32,000 nt of DNA from Fastidiosibacter lacustris (lineage in GTDB: Bacteria; Pseudomonadota; Gammaproteobacteria; Francisellales; Francisellaceae), in the NCBI RefSeq assembly GCF_003428155.1, contig NZ_QLIR01000005.1:60001-92000 (forward strand). The letters run 5' to 3'. Of this stretch, positions 10,167 to 19,915 are shown in pieces; the first letter of the stretch is position 1; every line of letters begins with the position of its first letter. The translations under genes were made by a program, and so were the position numbers. The notes under the pieces were generated by a model. The model saw nothing but the letters and a program-made list of their open reading frames with translations. It did no database searches and was not told the DNA's origin.

Positions 10167-10338
10167 TATTTTTGTCATTGTTATGTCTAAGTTTATTTGA
10201 ATTCCAATTCTTTAGTTTTATTTTAGGGGTTTCCTAAAGAGAGCTTCATTTTTCCCTGAATAAATTCAAATTAAATAGGATAATAAGGACTAAAGATAGA
10301 ATTGAATTATATTTTTGATATAAACTCATAGACTCAAG

Positions 10339-11616
10339 TTATTTTTGAGACATGACAGTACGATTAAGTGCAATTTCCATGATATTGCAAGCTTTTTCTA
10401 ATTGTGCATCGGTTGTATTTAAAGGTGGAAGTAAACGTAAAACTTCTTTTTGTCTACCTGAGCTTAGCAAAATTAACCCCTCATCTAGTAAATTTTTAAT
10501 ATATACTTTTAACAAGTCTGGGTTCGGTGTGTTTTTATCGTTGATAAACTCAATACCAATCATTGCTCCAAGTCCACGAATATCACCAATAAAGTGATGC
10601 TTGAAGCGTTGAGCAATAAAAAACTCTCGTAAAGTTTGACCTATTGCTTGCGCTTTTTGGGCAAGGTTTTCTTCTTCAAATACTTCAAGTGAGGCAAGTG
10701 CTGCAGCGCAAGCAATAGGATTGCCTGAGTTCGTACCACCTAGCGATGCAGTAGGCAGTTTGTCAAATAATGATTTTCTAGCTGTTAACGCGCTAAGTGG
10801 TAAACCAGATGCTAATGATTTGCCCATCACTAAAATATCAGGAGCTACATGATAATGCTCCATAGCAAACATTTTACCAGTACGACAAAAGCCACTTTGG
10901 ATTTCATCGGCAATAAAAACAATACCATGTTGATCACATAATGTGCGTAGATATTGCATTGCTTCAATGCTTGCTGGAATAAAGCCACCTTCACCTAGCT
11001 GTGGTTCAATAATAATGGCTGCAATATTTTCAGCAGCCACCTGATTAGTAATTAAGTCTTGCCATTGAGATTTTAATTTCTCAATAGAAGTATGCACATT
11101 AGGATAAGCTAAGCGATAAATATTATTAAACAATTCACCAAAGCCGTATTTATATGGTTTAACTTTGGCTGTTAAACTCATACTCATAAATGTGCGCCCA
11201 TGAAAGGCGCCATCAAAGCAAATAATAGCAGAGCGCCCTGTTGAGAAGCGCGCAACTTTTATCGCATTTTCAACGGCTTCTGCACCGCTATTGCATAGCA
11301 TGGTTTGCTTGGGAAACTCCCCGGGTGTTATGCTGTTTAGCTTTTTTGCTAATTGAAGGTACGGTTCATGAACCATGATATGAAAACAAGGTTGAATGTA
11401 GTTTTGTGTTTGTTCAATGATGGCTTTAACTACTTTTGGATGGTTGTGACCAATATTCATTGAACCAATGCCTGCGGCAAAGTCGATATATTGTTTATCA
11501 TTTATATCGATGAGCACACTTCCTTGAGCTTTTTTAACGCAAAGGTGGGTGTTGTTGGCAAGTGCAAGTGGCACTTCACTTTGACGAATGTGCCATAGAC
11601 TATTATGACTATTCAT
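10339..11616 (-). CDS. Class III PLP-dependent aminotransferase (GABA/2-aminoadipate/lysine-type)
   Basis: NSGAEAVENAIKVARFSTGR, AFHGRTFMSMSLT, FIADEIQSGFCRTGKMFAMEH and the lysine site DILVMGKSLASGLPLSA. GabT-like overall. Substrate inferred from cluster context. Confidence 0.88.
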   Translation of the reverse strand: MNSHNSLWHIRQSEVPLALANNTHLCVKKAQGSVLIDINDKQYIDFAAGIGSMNIGHNHPKVVKAIIEQTQNYIQPCFHIMVHEPYLQLAKKLNSITPGEFPKQTMLCNSGAEAVENAIKVARFSTGRSAIICFDGAFHGRTFMSMSLTAKVKPYKYGFGELFNNIYRLAYPNVHTSIEKLKSQWQDLITNQVAAENIAAIIIEPQLGEGGFIPASIEAMQYLRTLCDQHGIVFIADEIQSGFCRTGKMFAMEHYHVAPDILVMGKSLASGLPLSALTARKSLFDKLPTASLGGTNSGNPIACAAALASLEVFEEENLAQKAQAIGQTLREFFIAQRFKHHFIGDIRGLGAMIGIEFINDKNTPNPDLLKVYIKNLLDEGLILLSSGRQKEVLRLLPPLNTTDAQLEKACNIMEIALNRTVMSQK

Positions 11617-11625
11617 AAGTTTCCC

Positions 11626-12429
11626 TTAAGGATTGACGTTGGTACTTTCAAAGATTTTATCGGCAGAGGCAGCAACAAATCCTTGATAGAGTCTACCAGT
11701 ATGATCAGGATAACGTTTAGCGAACTCATAATAACAGCAAGGAATTTCTTTTTTGCCTTCAACAAAGTCAACTATGACCATTCCTGATTTTGTGCTGGAT
11801 TGCTCTAGTAACTCACCTGGTGTGCCTTTGATCTCACCACCCGAAGTATTAAGTGCAAAACCATGTTTCTTCAAGAAGTTATTGACCTCATATATTTCAT
11901 TAAACTGGTTCAAAGCGTTAATAAACACTGTAAAATGATTGGCTCTAAAGCCAAATACATAAAACCATGCAGCATATTCTGATTCAGCTAATAGCTTTTC
12001 ATAAGTTGGGTGACTTGGTTGACCCCAGCAATTACCAGCTGAAACAAGTTTTTCTCGATTTACTAAGAGTTTCGAGTCAATTTTATCAATGCAGGCTTTA
12101 ATAGTTTGTTGGGTAAATGGAGTAAATGATTCTAAAAGTAATTGACTAATAAAGATTTTTGGCTGCGTTGGATCTTTATGCTCATAGTGTTTTGCATAAA
12201 GCTTTTTAGTTTTAAAATGGTACTCTCCATTTTCAAAATACCCTTCCGCGATGAATGGTTTAGCTAATACTTCAATATCAATGCGTGGATCATTAATAGT
12301 GCGCAGTGCAATATGATCGTTAATCACTGAAGTGTTGTGATCGTAAAAAAGATTATAGATCTCTTGTACGTGTGGGTTTGCATCAACATATTGTTGCCAT
12401 AACCTTTCTAAAATTGCGATTTGAGACAT
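11626..12429 (-). CDS. DUF1338 protein, HglS-like 2-oxoadipate dioxygenase/decarboxylase (short form)
   Basis: DHIALRTI, FGFRANHFTVFIN and a late CCYYEFAKRYPD segment match the DUF1338 family. Neighbours are an ALDH7 and a class III aminotransferase. Confidence 0.82.
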   Translation of the reverse strand: MSQIAILERLWQQYVDANPHVQEIYNLFYDHNTSVINDHIALRTINDPRIDIEVLAKPFIAEGYFENGEYHFKTKKLYAKHYEHKDPTQPKIFISQLLLESFTPFTQQTIKACIDKIDSKLLVNREKLVSAGNCWGQPSHPTYEKLLAESEYAAWFYVFGFRANHFTVFINALNQFNEIYEVNNFLKKHGFALNTSGGEIKGTPGELLEQSSTKSGMVIVDFVEGKKEIPCCYYEFAKRYPDHTGRLYQGFVAASADKIFESTNVNP

Positions 12430-12432
12430 AAC

Positions 12433-13935
12433 TTAATCCTCGAGTGAAAATTTAATACCTTGAGCAAGTGGTAAGGAGTTGCTCCAATTGATGGTTACGG
12501 TTTGCCGACGCATATAGGTTTTCCAAGCATCAGATCCAGCCTCACGACCACCACCTGTATGTTTTTCCCCACCAAATGCGCCACCAATTTCAGCGCCTGA
12601 AGTGCCAATATTTATGTTGGCAATGCCGCAATCACTGCCAGCGCAAGACAAGAATTTTTCAGAGTGATCGATGCGTTGAGTAAAGATTGCCGAAGACAAA
12701 CCATGGTCAACTTGATTGTTGATAGAAATGGCTTCGTCAATGTTCTCAAATGGCATGATAAACAAAATTGGACAAAAATTTTCTTGGTTAACGATATCCC
12801 AATCAGGTTTCACTTCGATAATGGTTGGTTCAACGTAATTACCAGGTTTATTAATCACATTACCACCAAATAAAATGTTTCCACCTAGAGTTTTAGCACA
12901 CGCAACTGCTTTTTTATATACTTCAACTAAGTTTTGGTCGATTAATGGCCCCATTAAATTTTTGGTGTCAAGTGGGTCGCCTACCGTGATTTGTTTATAG
13001 GCGTTTTGTAAGCGCTTAATAACATCTTGATAGATGTTTTTATGCACTAGTAATCTCCGTAATGAGGTGCAACGCTGACCCGCTGTGCCAACTGCACCAA
13101 ATACTACAGCAGGAATGGCAAGCTTAAGGTCAGCTGATTCATCAATAATAGCTGCATTGTTGCCGCCTAGTTCAAGTAAAGATTTGCCAAAGCGTTTTGC
13201 CACTTGTGCGCCAATTTCACGCCCAACTTTGGTTGAACCTGTAAACGATAAAAGCGCAATACGCGTATCATTAACAAGTGCTTTAGAAACATCAATGCTT
13301 TTCGATACGACAGAACTAAACACATTTGGGAAGTTATATGCTTGAGTCACACGATCACAAATCTCTTGAACAGCTAAAGCACATAAAGGTGTTTTAGGTG
13401 ATGGATTCCAAACAACAGTGTTACCACAGATGGCAGCGATAAAAGCGTTCCATGACCAAACAGCAACTGGGAAATTGTAGGCTGATATTACACCAACAAC
13501 ACCTAGTGGATGCCATTGTTCAAACATTCTGTGATCAGGACGCTCTGAGTGCATTGTTTTGCCATAAAGCATGCGAGCTTGACCTACGGCAAGGTCTGCC
13601 ATATCTATCATTTCCTGCACTTCACCATCACCTTCTTGTTTAGATTTACCCATTTCAAGTGATATGAGACTGCCTAATTGATCTTTATTTTTTCTTAATT
13701 CTTCACCGATTAAGCGTACAAGTTCAGCACGCTTAGGTGCTGGAGTTTTACGCCATTTTAAAAATGCAGCATGAGCTTCTTGGATGGTTTGGTTTAGGTG
13801 GTTGAGTCCTAAGCTTGGCACCTTGGCTAAAATCTCATTATTGGCAGGATTATAGCTTTCAATATACTCACTTGTTTGATATTTGGAGGCATATTGTGTC
13901 AGTTTTTCAGTATAGCTGGTCATACAAGTTGTCAT
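12433..13935 (-). CDS. amaB: ALDH7-family aldehyde dehydrogenase (L-piperideine-6-carboxylate / alpha-aminoadipic semialdehyde dehydrogenase)
   Basis: Near colinear with antiquitin-type ALDHs: [112 protein letters not shown]. Confidence 0.92.
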   Translation of the reverse strand: MTTCMTSYTEKLTQYASKYQTSEYIESYNPANNEILAKVPSLGLNHLNQTIQEAHAAFLKWRKTPAPKRAELVRLIGEELRKNKDQLGSLISLEMGKSKQEGDGEVQEMIDMADLAVGQARMLYGKTMHSERPDHRMFEQWHPLGVVGVISAYNFPVAVWSWNAFIAAICGNTVVWNPSPKTPLCALAVQEICDRVTQAYNFPNVFSSVVSKSIDVSKALVNDTRIALLSFTGSTKVGREIGAQVAKRFGKSLLELGGNNAAIIDESADLKLAIPAVVFGAVGTAGQRCTSLRRLLVHKNIYQDVIKRLQNAYKQITVGDPLDTKNLMGPLIDQNLVEVYKKAVACAKTLGGNILFGGNVINKPGNYVEPTIIEVKPDWDIVNQENFCPILFIMPFENIDEAISINNQVDHGLSSAIFTQRIDHSEKFLSCAGSDCGIANINIGTSGAEIGGAFGGEKHTGGGREAGSDAWKTYMRRQTVTINWSNSLPLAQGIKFSLED

Positions 13936-13954
13936 TCATTTCTCCTACTTAGAT

Positions 13955-15115
13955 TTAAATCACTTCAAGTTTATTGTTTGCTGTACTTTTTGTGATTAAC
14001 TTTGGGCTTTTAATTCCATCAAGAAAGTTATAGCGGTAGTAGTGACCAAATCGGTTATCCATCATTTGGGTTAAGTTAATGTCTTCTTGTTTGGCAAATC
14101 CAGGTGCGAAGTACTTATGTTTGATAGCAAGGTCAATAGTAACACATATTCCACAAGCAGTGGTTAACTGAAGTGCACTCCATTTTTGACCAAAGGCTTC
14201 TTGAGAATGATACTTCTTAGCAAAATGGCGTTCATGGTATACACCATTAATCTTGCCTTCAACAGAAACATACACCAAAACAACGTCATCTTCAACGCGC
14301 GGGATGGAATTATTAAAAATCTCACATAGAAGCTCTTGTTTGTCTCTTAGTTTTAAGTCATTGATCAAAAAGCGTAATTTCTCACAATGTCCTGGATAGC
14401 GTACACTCTTATAATTAATATTGCGAACTTTTGCTTTGTATGTGTCTTTTAACGAGCCAATGCCACCAGATGTGTTAAAAGCTTCATAAGTCAAACCATC
14501 GATTTTAATGGTTTCCAAATCATCAAGTGGTTCAATAGTCACGTTTTTATAATCACGAATAGCTTCACATGGTTTAACATATTCATTGATTAGACCTTCA
14601 GTTGACCACGTAAGTGCGTATTGGAGAGGATGACTAATATTAACAGGTAGAGCACCAACACGCATTTTTACGGTTTCAGCTTCATCAAATTGTTTCACTA
14701 AATCATTGGTGACAACACTTATAAAGCCAGGCGCAAGTCCACATTGAGGTGCAAATACTTTATCGGTATTTTTCGCTAGTGTTTCAACATATTTAGTGGT
14801 TTCAACGTCTTCCGTTAAATCAAAGTAATGTGTATTACAAACTTTGGCAATTTCAGCGACTTTTTTAGTAAGGAAGTATGGAAGAGCTGCGGTAAGTGCA
14901 TGAATATCATGTTCTTGAACATAGCTTTTGACGTTTTCAGTGTTATTGATATCCAAAATACAGTGTTTGAGATTGTGAGCATTTTCACCAAGGTGTAGCT
15001 GCTTTCTATCTGCCTGAACATCGGCAATATGAATATGATAATCTTTGCTAGAAGCCAGAATTGCTCCTGTTAAAAGACCTACTCTGCCACTGCCAAAAAT
15101 TAATATATTGATCAT
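13955..15115 (-). CDS. Saccharopine dehydrogenase family protein (lysine 6-dehydrogenase or saccharopine dehydrogenase)
   Basis: N-terminal Rossmann NILIFGSGRVGLLTGAIL, CGLAPGFISVVTNDLVKQ, and EAFNTSGGIGSLKDTYKAKVRNINYKSVRYPGHCEKLRFLI typical of the family. First gene of the lysine-type cluster. Confidence 0.87.
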   Translation of the reverse strand: MINILIFGSGRVGLLTGAILASSKDYHIHIADVQADRKQLHLGENAHNLKHCILDINNTENVKSYVQEHDIHALTAALPYFLTKKVAEIAKVCNTHYFDLTEDVETTKYVETLAKNTDKVFAPQCGLAPGFISVVTNDLVKQFDEAETVKMRVGALPVNISHPLQYALTWSTEGLINEYVKPCEAIRDYKNVTIEPLDDLETIKIDGLTYEAFNTSGGIGSLKDTYKAKVRNINYKSVRYPGHCEKLRFLINDLKLRDKQELLCEIFNNSIPRVEDDVVLVYVSVEGKINGVYHERHFAKKYHSQEAFGQKWSALQLTTACGICVTIDLAIKHKYFAPGFAKQEDINLTQMMDNRFGHYYRYNFLDGIKSPKLITKSTANNKLEVI

Positions 15116-15381
15116 TATAGTTCTCCTTTATCATTAGATTAATGCTTTGCATCGTGCACTTTTATCCCCTTTTAATAATGGTGTGAAGTGATGATATTAA
15201 AAATCATAAATATTTGGGTTTAAATCCATTTTGCTATATTTTATAACTAGGTGTGAAGATATTTTATATAACTATATTATTGTTGCAATAAAATCACAGC
15301 TCATTACTTTAAAAAACGCTTATATGCAAAAAATATCAACTATGCTTTTTATATAACAAAGTCTTTAGTTGTGGTTCAATT

Positions 15382-17475
15382 GTGCGCACTCGTTGGATAA
15401 ATGTGGGAATTATTGGTTTACTTATCATTATTACCTTACATGGTATGTGGGTGCTTTATGATTATGAGCAAGTGTATCCTGAAGATAAAGTTGATAAAAA
15501 AATAATACTAGTAGGAACCGTTGCAAGCTTAATTGACCAAGATAAATCAGTGAGTAAGTTTTTGTTTGCAACGAACGATGGTTTAGTACAGCTAAGTGTT
15601 TATCCAAATAAAAACTTAAAAAGTTGGCGATTAACGCCGGGCACAAGATGGCGTTTTACCGTTAAATTACAATACCCAGAAGGTTATAGTAATCCAGGAG
15701 TGTTTAGTTATGTCACTTGGCTTAAGCATCAGGGTATTAAAGCCGTGGGTTATGTTGTAACAACAGAAAACGTGCAATTTCACGGTATGGATTACAATTA
15801 TCTTATTGAACGTTTGCGTTATAACATTCAAAAAACGTTGAATCATCATATTAAAGATATTTCGATTCGAGCATTAGCCAGTGCACTTTTAATTGGTAAT
15901 CGAAATGAACTCACTACAGAGGATAAACGGGTATTTCAACAAACAGGTACATCACATTTAATTGCAATCTCTGGTTTACACATCGGAATGATTGCTCTAT
16001 TTGCATTTGTGTTTGTTCGTGTTTTATGGTCGTTATCTATTGTATTGTGTCAATGGCTGCCTGCACAAAAGGTGGCGTTAGTTGCTGCGGTTGTTAGTGC
16101 ATTCTTATATAGTCTATTAGCAGGGTTTGCAATTCCAACACAGCGTGCTTTTATTATGGTGCTTATTTTTTCTTTAGCACTTATGACAAATCGTAAGATA
16201 AATGGTTTTAATGTGCTCATTATTGCAGCAATTATCATTGTTTTATGGAATCCTTTATCAATTTTAGCGCCTGGTTTTTGGCTATCTTTTATGGCGGTTT
16301 TCTTTTTAATCATAATTAATCGATTGCTGCTTTATATGCCTAAATTCAAGCGTTATGTTTTGATTCAGTTTTTACTGATGTTGCTGCTAATTCCATTGAC
16401 AGTATATTGGTTTCAGGGTTTTACCTTGATTGGTGTAGTGGCAAACTTAGTAGCTATTCCATTGGTGAGTTTTTTGATTGTGCCGAGTTTGTTTCTCAAT
16501 TTAATGCTCTCATTCTTTGGTATTACGTTATGGTCCATAAGTGCATACTTGATAAAAGCGCTAATTGTCTGGCTAGATGTGTTACCGACTTATATGTTGT
16601 TTTTTTCCTGGCATAGCATTTCACTTTTGGCGGTTTTAGCTGCAATTATGGGAATGTTAATTTTGTTTTTACCGCTTTCTTGGTACTTTCGTGTGCTTGG
16701 GCTGACTTTGTTTTTAGCATTGTGGCAGAAAAATACTTTACCGTTTGACGTTGGTGCGAAGGTGACCGTGTTGGATGTTGGTCATGGTTTAGCTGTGGTC
16801 ATCCAGACAAAAAATGCAGTTGTTGTATATGATACAGCAGGTGCTGGTGGGCACAAATTTGTGCTTGCAAATCATACTCTTATTCCTTATCTGAAAAACC
16901 AAGGGGTACATACAATTAACGCATTAATTATTAGCCACTTAGGTAAAGATCATAGCGGTGGAATAGAAAATGTGTTGGCAAGTTTTAATGTCGATCAAGT
17001 GATCGCCAATGAAAAACTTTCTGAAATCAACAATAGTATTTGTACAGCAGGCAAGAGGTGGTTGCAAGATGGTGTGGTCTTTGAGTTTTTAACTGCCAAT
17101 CACTTAACAGGCAATAACGGATCCTGTGTGCTTAAAATAAGTTTTGATGATAAAAGCATGCTGTTGACAGGAGACATTTATAAAACGGCGGAGCGTTATA
17201 TATTAAAGCAATATCATAACCAATTAAAATCTATAGTGCTTGTTGCTCCTCATCATGGCAGTGGTAGCTCATCTTCAAAGGCGTTTATTGAAGCTGTGGG
17301 TCCAAAATATGTTATTTTTAGCAGCTCAGGTCATGACGGATTTAAGCATCCTCATAATGAAGTTGTCCAGGCTTACCTTAACATTGGTGCGAAAATTTTA
17401 AATACAGCACAAAATGGTGCAATAACAGCGATATTCAAAGATAATGGAGAGCTTGAAATTGAAACAGAAAAATAA
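15382..17475 (+). CDS. comEC: ComEC/Rec2 family DNA internalization protein
   Basis: DUF4131-like N-terminus, competence domain (ALLIGNRNELTTEDKRVFQQTGTSHLIAISGLHIGMIAL) and a metallo-beta-lactamase-like C-terminus (VLDVGHGLAVVIQ...APHHGSGSSSSKAFIEAVGPKYVIFSSS...HPHNEV). Start GTG. Confidence 0.94.
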   Translation: MRTRWINVGIIGLLIIITLHGMWVLYDYEQVYPEDKVDKKIILVGTVASLIDQDKSVSKFLFATNDGLVQLSVYPNKNLKSWRLTPGTRWRFTVKLQYPEGYSNPGVFSYVTWLKHQGIKAVGYVVTTENVQFHGMDYNYLIERLRYNIQKTLNHHIKDISIRALASALLIGNRNELTTEDKRVFQQTGTSHLIAISGLHIGMIALFAFVFVRVLWSLSIVLCQWLPAQKVALVAAVVSAFLYSLLAGFAIPTQRAFIMVLIFSLALMTNRKINGFNVLIIAAIIIVLWNPLSILAPGFWLSFMAVFFLIIINRLLLYMPKFKRYVLIQFLLMLLLIPLTVYWFQGFTLIGVVANLVAIPLVSFLIVPSLFLNLMLSFFGITLWSISAYLIKALIVWLDVLPTYMLFFSWHSISLLAVLAAIMGMLILFLPLSWYFRVLGLTLFLALWQKNTLPFDVGAKVTVLDVGHGLAVVIQTKNAVVVYDTAGAGGHKFVLANHTLIPYLKNQGVHTINALIISHLGKDHSGGIENVLASFNVDQVIANEKLSEINNSICTAGKRWLQDGVVFEFLTANHLTGNNGSCVLKISFDDKSMLLTGDIYKTAERYILKQYHNQLKSIVLVAPHHGSGSSSSKAFIEAVGPKYVIFSSSGHDGFKHPHNEVVQAYLNIGAKILNTAQNGAITAIFKDNGELEIETEK

Positions 17476-17486
17476 CGAGAGTCAGC

Positions 17487-18383
17487 ATGAGGAAAGTTAA
17501 ACATATTGTAATTGGTGTTATGCTATTAATTTTGTTGGTAATCAACACACTTGTAATGGCTGTGCCAGTTATACTATGTTCCATTTTGAAGCTAATTCCA
17601 ATTAGTTACTGGCAAAATACAATTGGTAAAATATTAGTAGCTTTAGCTACAATGTGGATGGGTGTTAATAACAAAGTCAGTCGTATATTGCTGCCAACGA
17701 AGTATCACCTTAGTGGTTATCAAAGTTTTACAATCTATAGCTCTTATTTAATCTTAAGTAATCACCGTAGCTGGTTAGATATTGTTGTATTGCAGCAGAT
17801 ATTTTTAGGCAAAATTCCATTTGCTAAATTTTTTATGAAAAAGGAATTAATATATGTACCAATCATTGGTTTAGCTTGCTGGGCACTTGACTTTCCACTG
17901 ATGAAACGCTATTCAAAACATTATTTGACGAAGCATCCTGAGAAAAAAGGACAAGATTTGCGAGAGACTAAACATGCATGTGAGCGCTTTAAAAATCGAC
18001 ATGTCTCGGTGGTAAACTTTGTTGAAGGAACACGTTTTACACAACATAAACGTGATAAGCAACAAGCAATATTTAAGTATCTCCTTAATCCTAAAGCAGG
18101 TGGTGTTGCCTTAGCATTGGATGTTTTGGGTGATAAAATAAGAGGAATCTTAAATGTAACAATTGTTTATCCGTATGAAAATTGTAGTTTTTGGGATTTT
18201 TTGTGTGGTGTGATTCCAGAGGTTGATATTCATGTTGAGTTGATTGATCCTAAAACAATTCCCTATCAAAACTATTATGACAATGAGCAGGCAAAGTATG
18301 CTTTTCAAGTGTGGTTAAATACACTTTGGCAAGATAAGGATGTGCTTATTGAAAGTATTATGGCACAAAAAATGAGTGATTAA
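17487..18383 (+). CDS. Lysophospholipid acyltransferase (PlsC/YihG-like)
   Basis: SNHRSWLDIVVLQ (NHxxxxD motif) and NFVEGTRFTQHKRDKQ (EGTR motif), with hydrophobic N-terminal segments. Confidence 0.9.
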   Translation: MRKVKHIVIGVMLLILLVINTLVMAVPVILCSILKLIPISYWQNTIGKILVALATMWMGVNNKVSRILLPTKYHLSGYQSFTIYSSYLILSNHRSWLDIVVLQQIFLGKIPFAKFFMKKELIYVPIIGLACWALDFPLMKRYSKHYLTKHPEKKGQDLRETKHACERFKNRHVSVVNFVEGTRFTQHKRDKQQAIFKYLLNPKAGGVALALDVLGDKIRGILNVTIVYPYENCSFWDFLCGVIPEVDIHVELIDPKTIPYQNYYDNEQAKYAFQVWLNTLWQDKDVLIESIMAQKMSD

Positions 18384-18488
18384 ATGACTTAACATTGTGA
18401 GTTCAAAGCAGTAAGATGTGCGGCAGAATTCAAGAACCCAGTTAAGTGAATACAAGCTACGTTGGTAAGTGGTATGAAGAGTAAGGAT

Positions 18489-18668
18489 ATGTCAGAGCTA
18501 GAATACAAAAAATATATGTGTGTTGTTTGTGGCTGGATTTATGATGAGGCAGAAGGCTGGCCAGAAGATGGTATTCATCCAGGTACTAAGTGGGAAGATG
18601 TGCCTGATGATTTTCAATGTCCCGATTGTGGTGTAGGTAAAGAAGATTTTGAAATGATGGAGATATAG
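18489..18668 (+). CDS. Rubredoxin
   Basis: [47 protein letters not shown] has both CxxCG knuckles. Start placed at the ATG at 18489, after AAGGA. Confidence 0.96.
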   Translation: MSELEYKKYMCVVCGWIYDEAEGWPEDGIHPGTKWEDVPDDFQCPDCGVGKEDFEMMEI

Positions 18669-18671
18669 CTC

Positions 18672-19586
18672 ATTTTTGTTTTTAGTACCCCCCTATTTCA
18701 AGAAGTGATTGTTGATGGCTTAAGCGTAATAGTTAAGCGTGATGATGTAATTCATCGATTATTTTCAGGGAATAAGGCATATAAACTCTATTGGTTGATT
18801 GACCATCTTAAATATCATCCAAGTCTAACTAAGATAGTCTCATTTGGTGGGGCACAGTCAAATTATATGTTAGCAGTGGCACAGTTTTGTCGGTTGAATC
18901 AACTGCAATTTGATTATTGGCTTAAGCCATTACCAAGAGCATTGAAAGACAACCCAAACGGAAATCTACGTGTAGCATGTAATTTGGGAATGAAAGTTTA
19001 TGAAATGGACTATTTAAATAAAGATAAGTTGATGGAAAATTATCGAAATAACTCTCAAGTACTGTTGCTTACCCAAGGGGGAGCGCAGCAAGAAGCTGAA
19101 GTTGGACTTAAAATTTGTGCGGATCACATCAATAATTATTTTGAAAATATCGCTGCAAGTAAGGGCAGTATTTTTATTGCCTCAGGTACGGGAGTAAGTG
19201 CGTTTTATTTGCGTAAACACCTAAAGAAATCTTATTTGCTTTACACCACACCATGTGTTGGAGATAAAGAATATTTATTAGCTCAAATGAAGTCACTTGC
19301 AAAGAATACTGGTGAGATGCCAATAATATTAGATGCAAAACGGAAATATCATTTCGGTCAATGTTATAAAGAGCATTTAGCAATGTATAATCACCTTAAA
19401 GTGCAAACTGGAATTGAGTTTGATTTATTGTATGACCCTTTGGGATGGCAAGTGCTTTTTGATCATTACCAACAGTTGCAAAAACCTATTATTTATGTTC
19501 ATTGTGGTGGTGTTACAGGTAATATAAGCATGTTAAAGCGGTATCAATATTTTTTAAAAAACAAAATAAGTCAAGGCTTTAACTAA
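18672..19586 (+). CDS. D-cysteine desulfhydrase / ACC-deaminase-like PLP enzyme; start uncertain (possible ATT at 18672, GTG at 18705 in the ORF track)
   Basis: STPLFQEVIVDGLSVIVKRDDVIHRLFSGNKAYKLYWLI...SFGGAQSNYMLAVA...NPNGNLRVACNLGMKVYEM matches this PLP family, including the N-terminal TPL segment that lies upstream of GTG 18705. Confidence 0.82.
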   Translation: MFVFSTPLFQEVIVDGLSVIVKRDDVIHRLFSGNKAYKLYWLIDHLKYHPSLTKIVSFGGAQSNYMLAVAQFCRLNQLQFDYWLKPLPRALKDNPNGNLRVACNLGMKVYEMDYLNKDKLMENYRNNSQVLLLTQGGAQQEAEVGLKICADHINNYFENIAASKGSIFIASGTGVSAFYLRKHLKKSYLLYTTPCVGDKEYLLAQMKSLAKNTGEMPIILDAKRKYHFGQCYKEHLAMYNHLKVQTGIEFDLLYDPLGWQVLFDHYQQLQKPIIYVHCGGVTGNISMLKRYQYFLKNKISQGFN

Positions 19587-19915
19587 AGGATAGTGGTGAT
19601 CTGAATTTAAAAAGTATATACTACTACCCATTTACATAGATAAATGCCCAGAAGAATAGGACTTTTATATTAATTTGTGCAAGAAAAAGCAAAAAGGAGT
19701 GGGGGAGAGTATTTTGGTTGTGTATTTTTTTGATCGTTTACATGGTAAAAGTCTTAATTGTTAATATGTTTTTTCGATCTTTACTAAAGCACCATCGAGA
19801 TTTCTATTTTTAACAATATCTTGCTTGCATAAAGTAAAGTGCTTGTCTACATTTGCCAATACAAGTAAGTAATAATGTAATTATGTGCCACGGAAAATTA
19901 ATAGGAGAATGAAAG

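Noticed and set aside
10222-10238. Short hairpin TTTAGG-GGTTT-CCTAAA after the antiporter gene
   Set aside because: Only a 6-bp AU-rich stem without a following U-tract. This could occur by chance in AT-rich sequence.
10352-13643. Forward-strand ORFs at 10352-10597, 11605-11787, 11753-11938, 12664-12873, 13085-13345 and 13452-13643
   Set aside because: All lie antisense inside or across strongly supported reverse-strand genes (aminotransferase, DUF1338, ALDH7). They have low-complexity or implausible sequences, so they are shadow ORFs.
19587-19915. Sigma-54 promoter upstream of the pilin gene
   Set aside because: No TGGCAC-N5-TTGCA-type element found by eye in this 330-bp gap.
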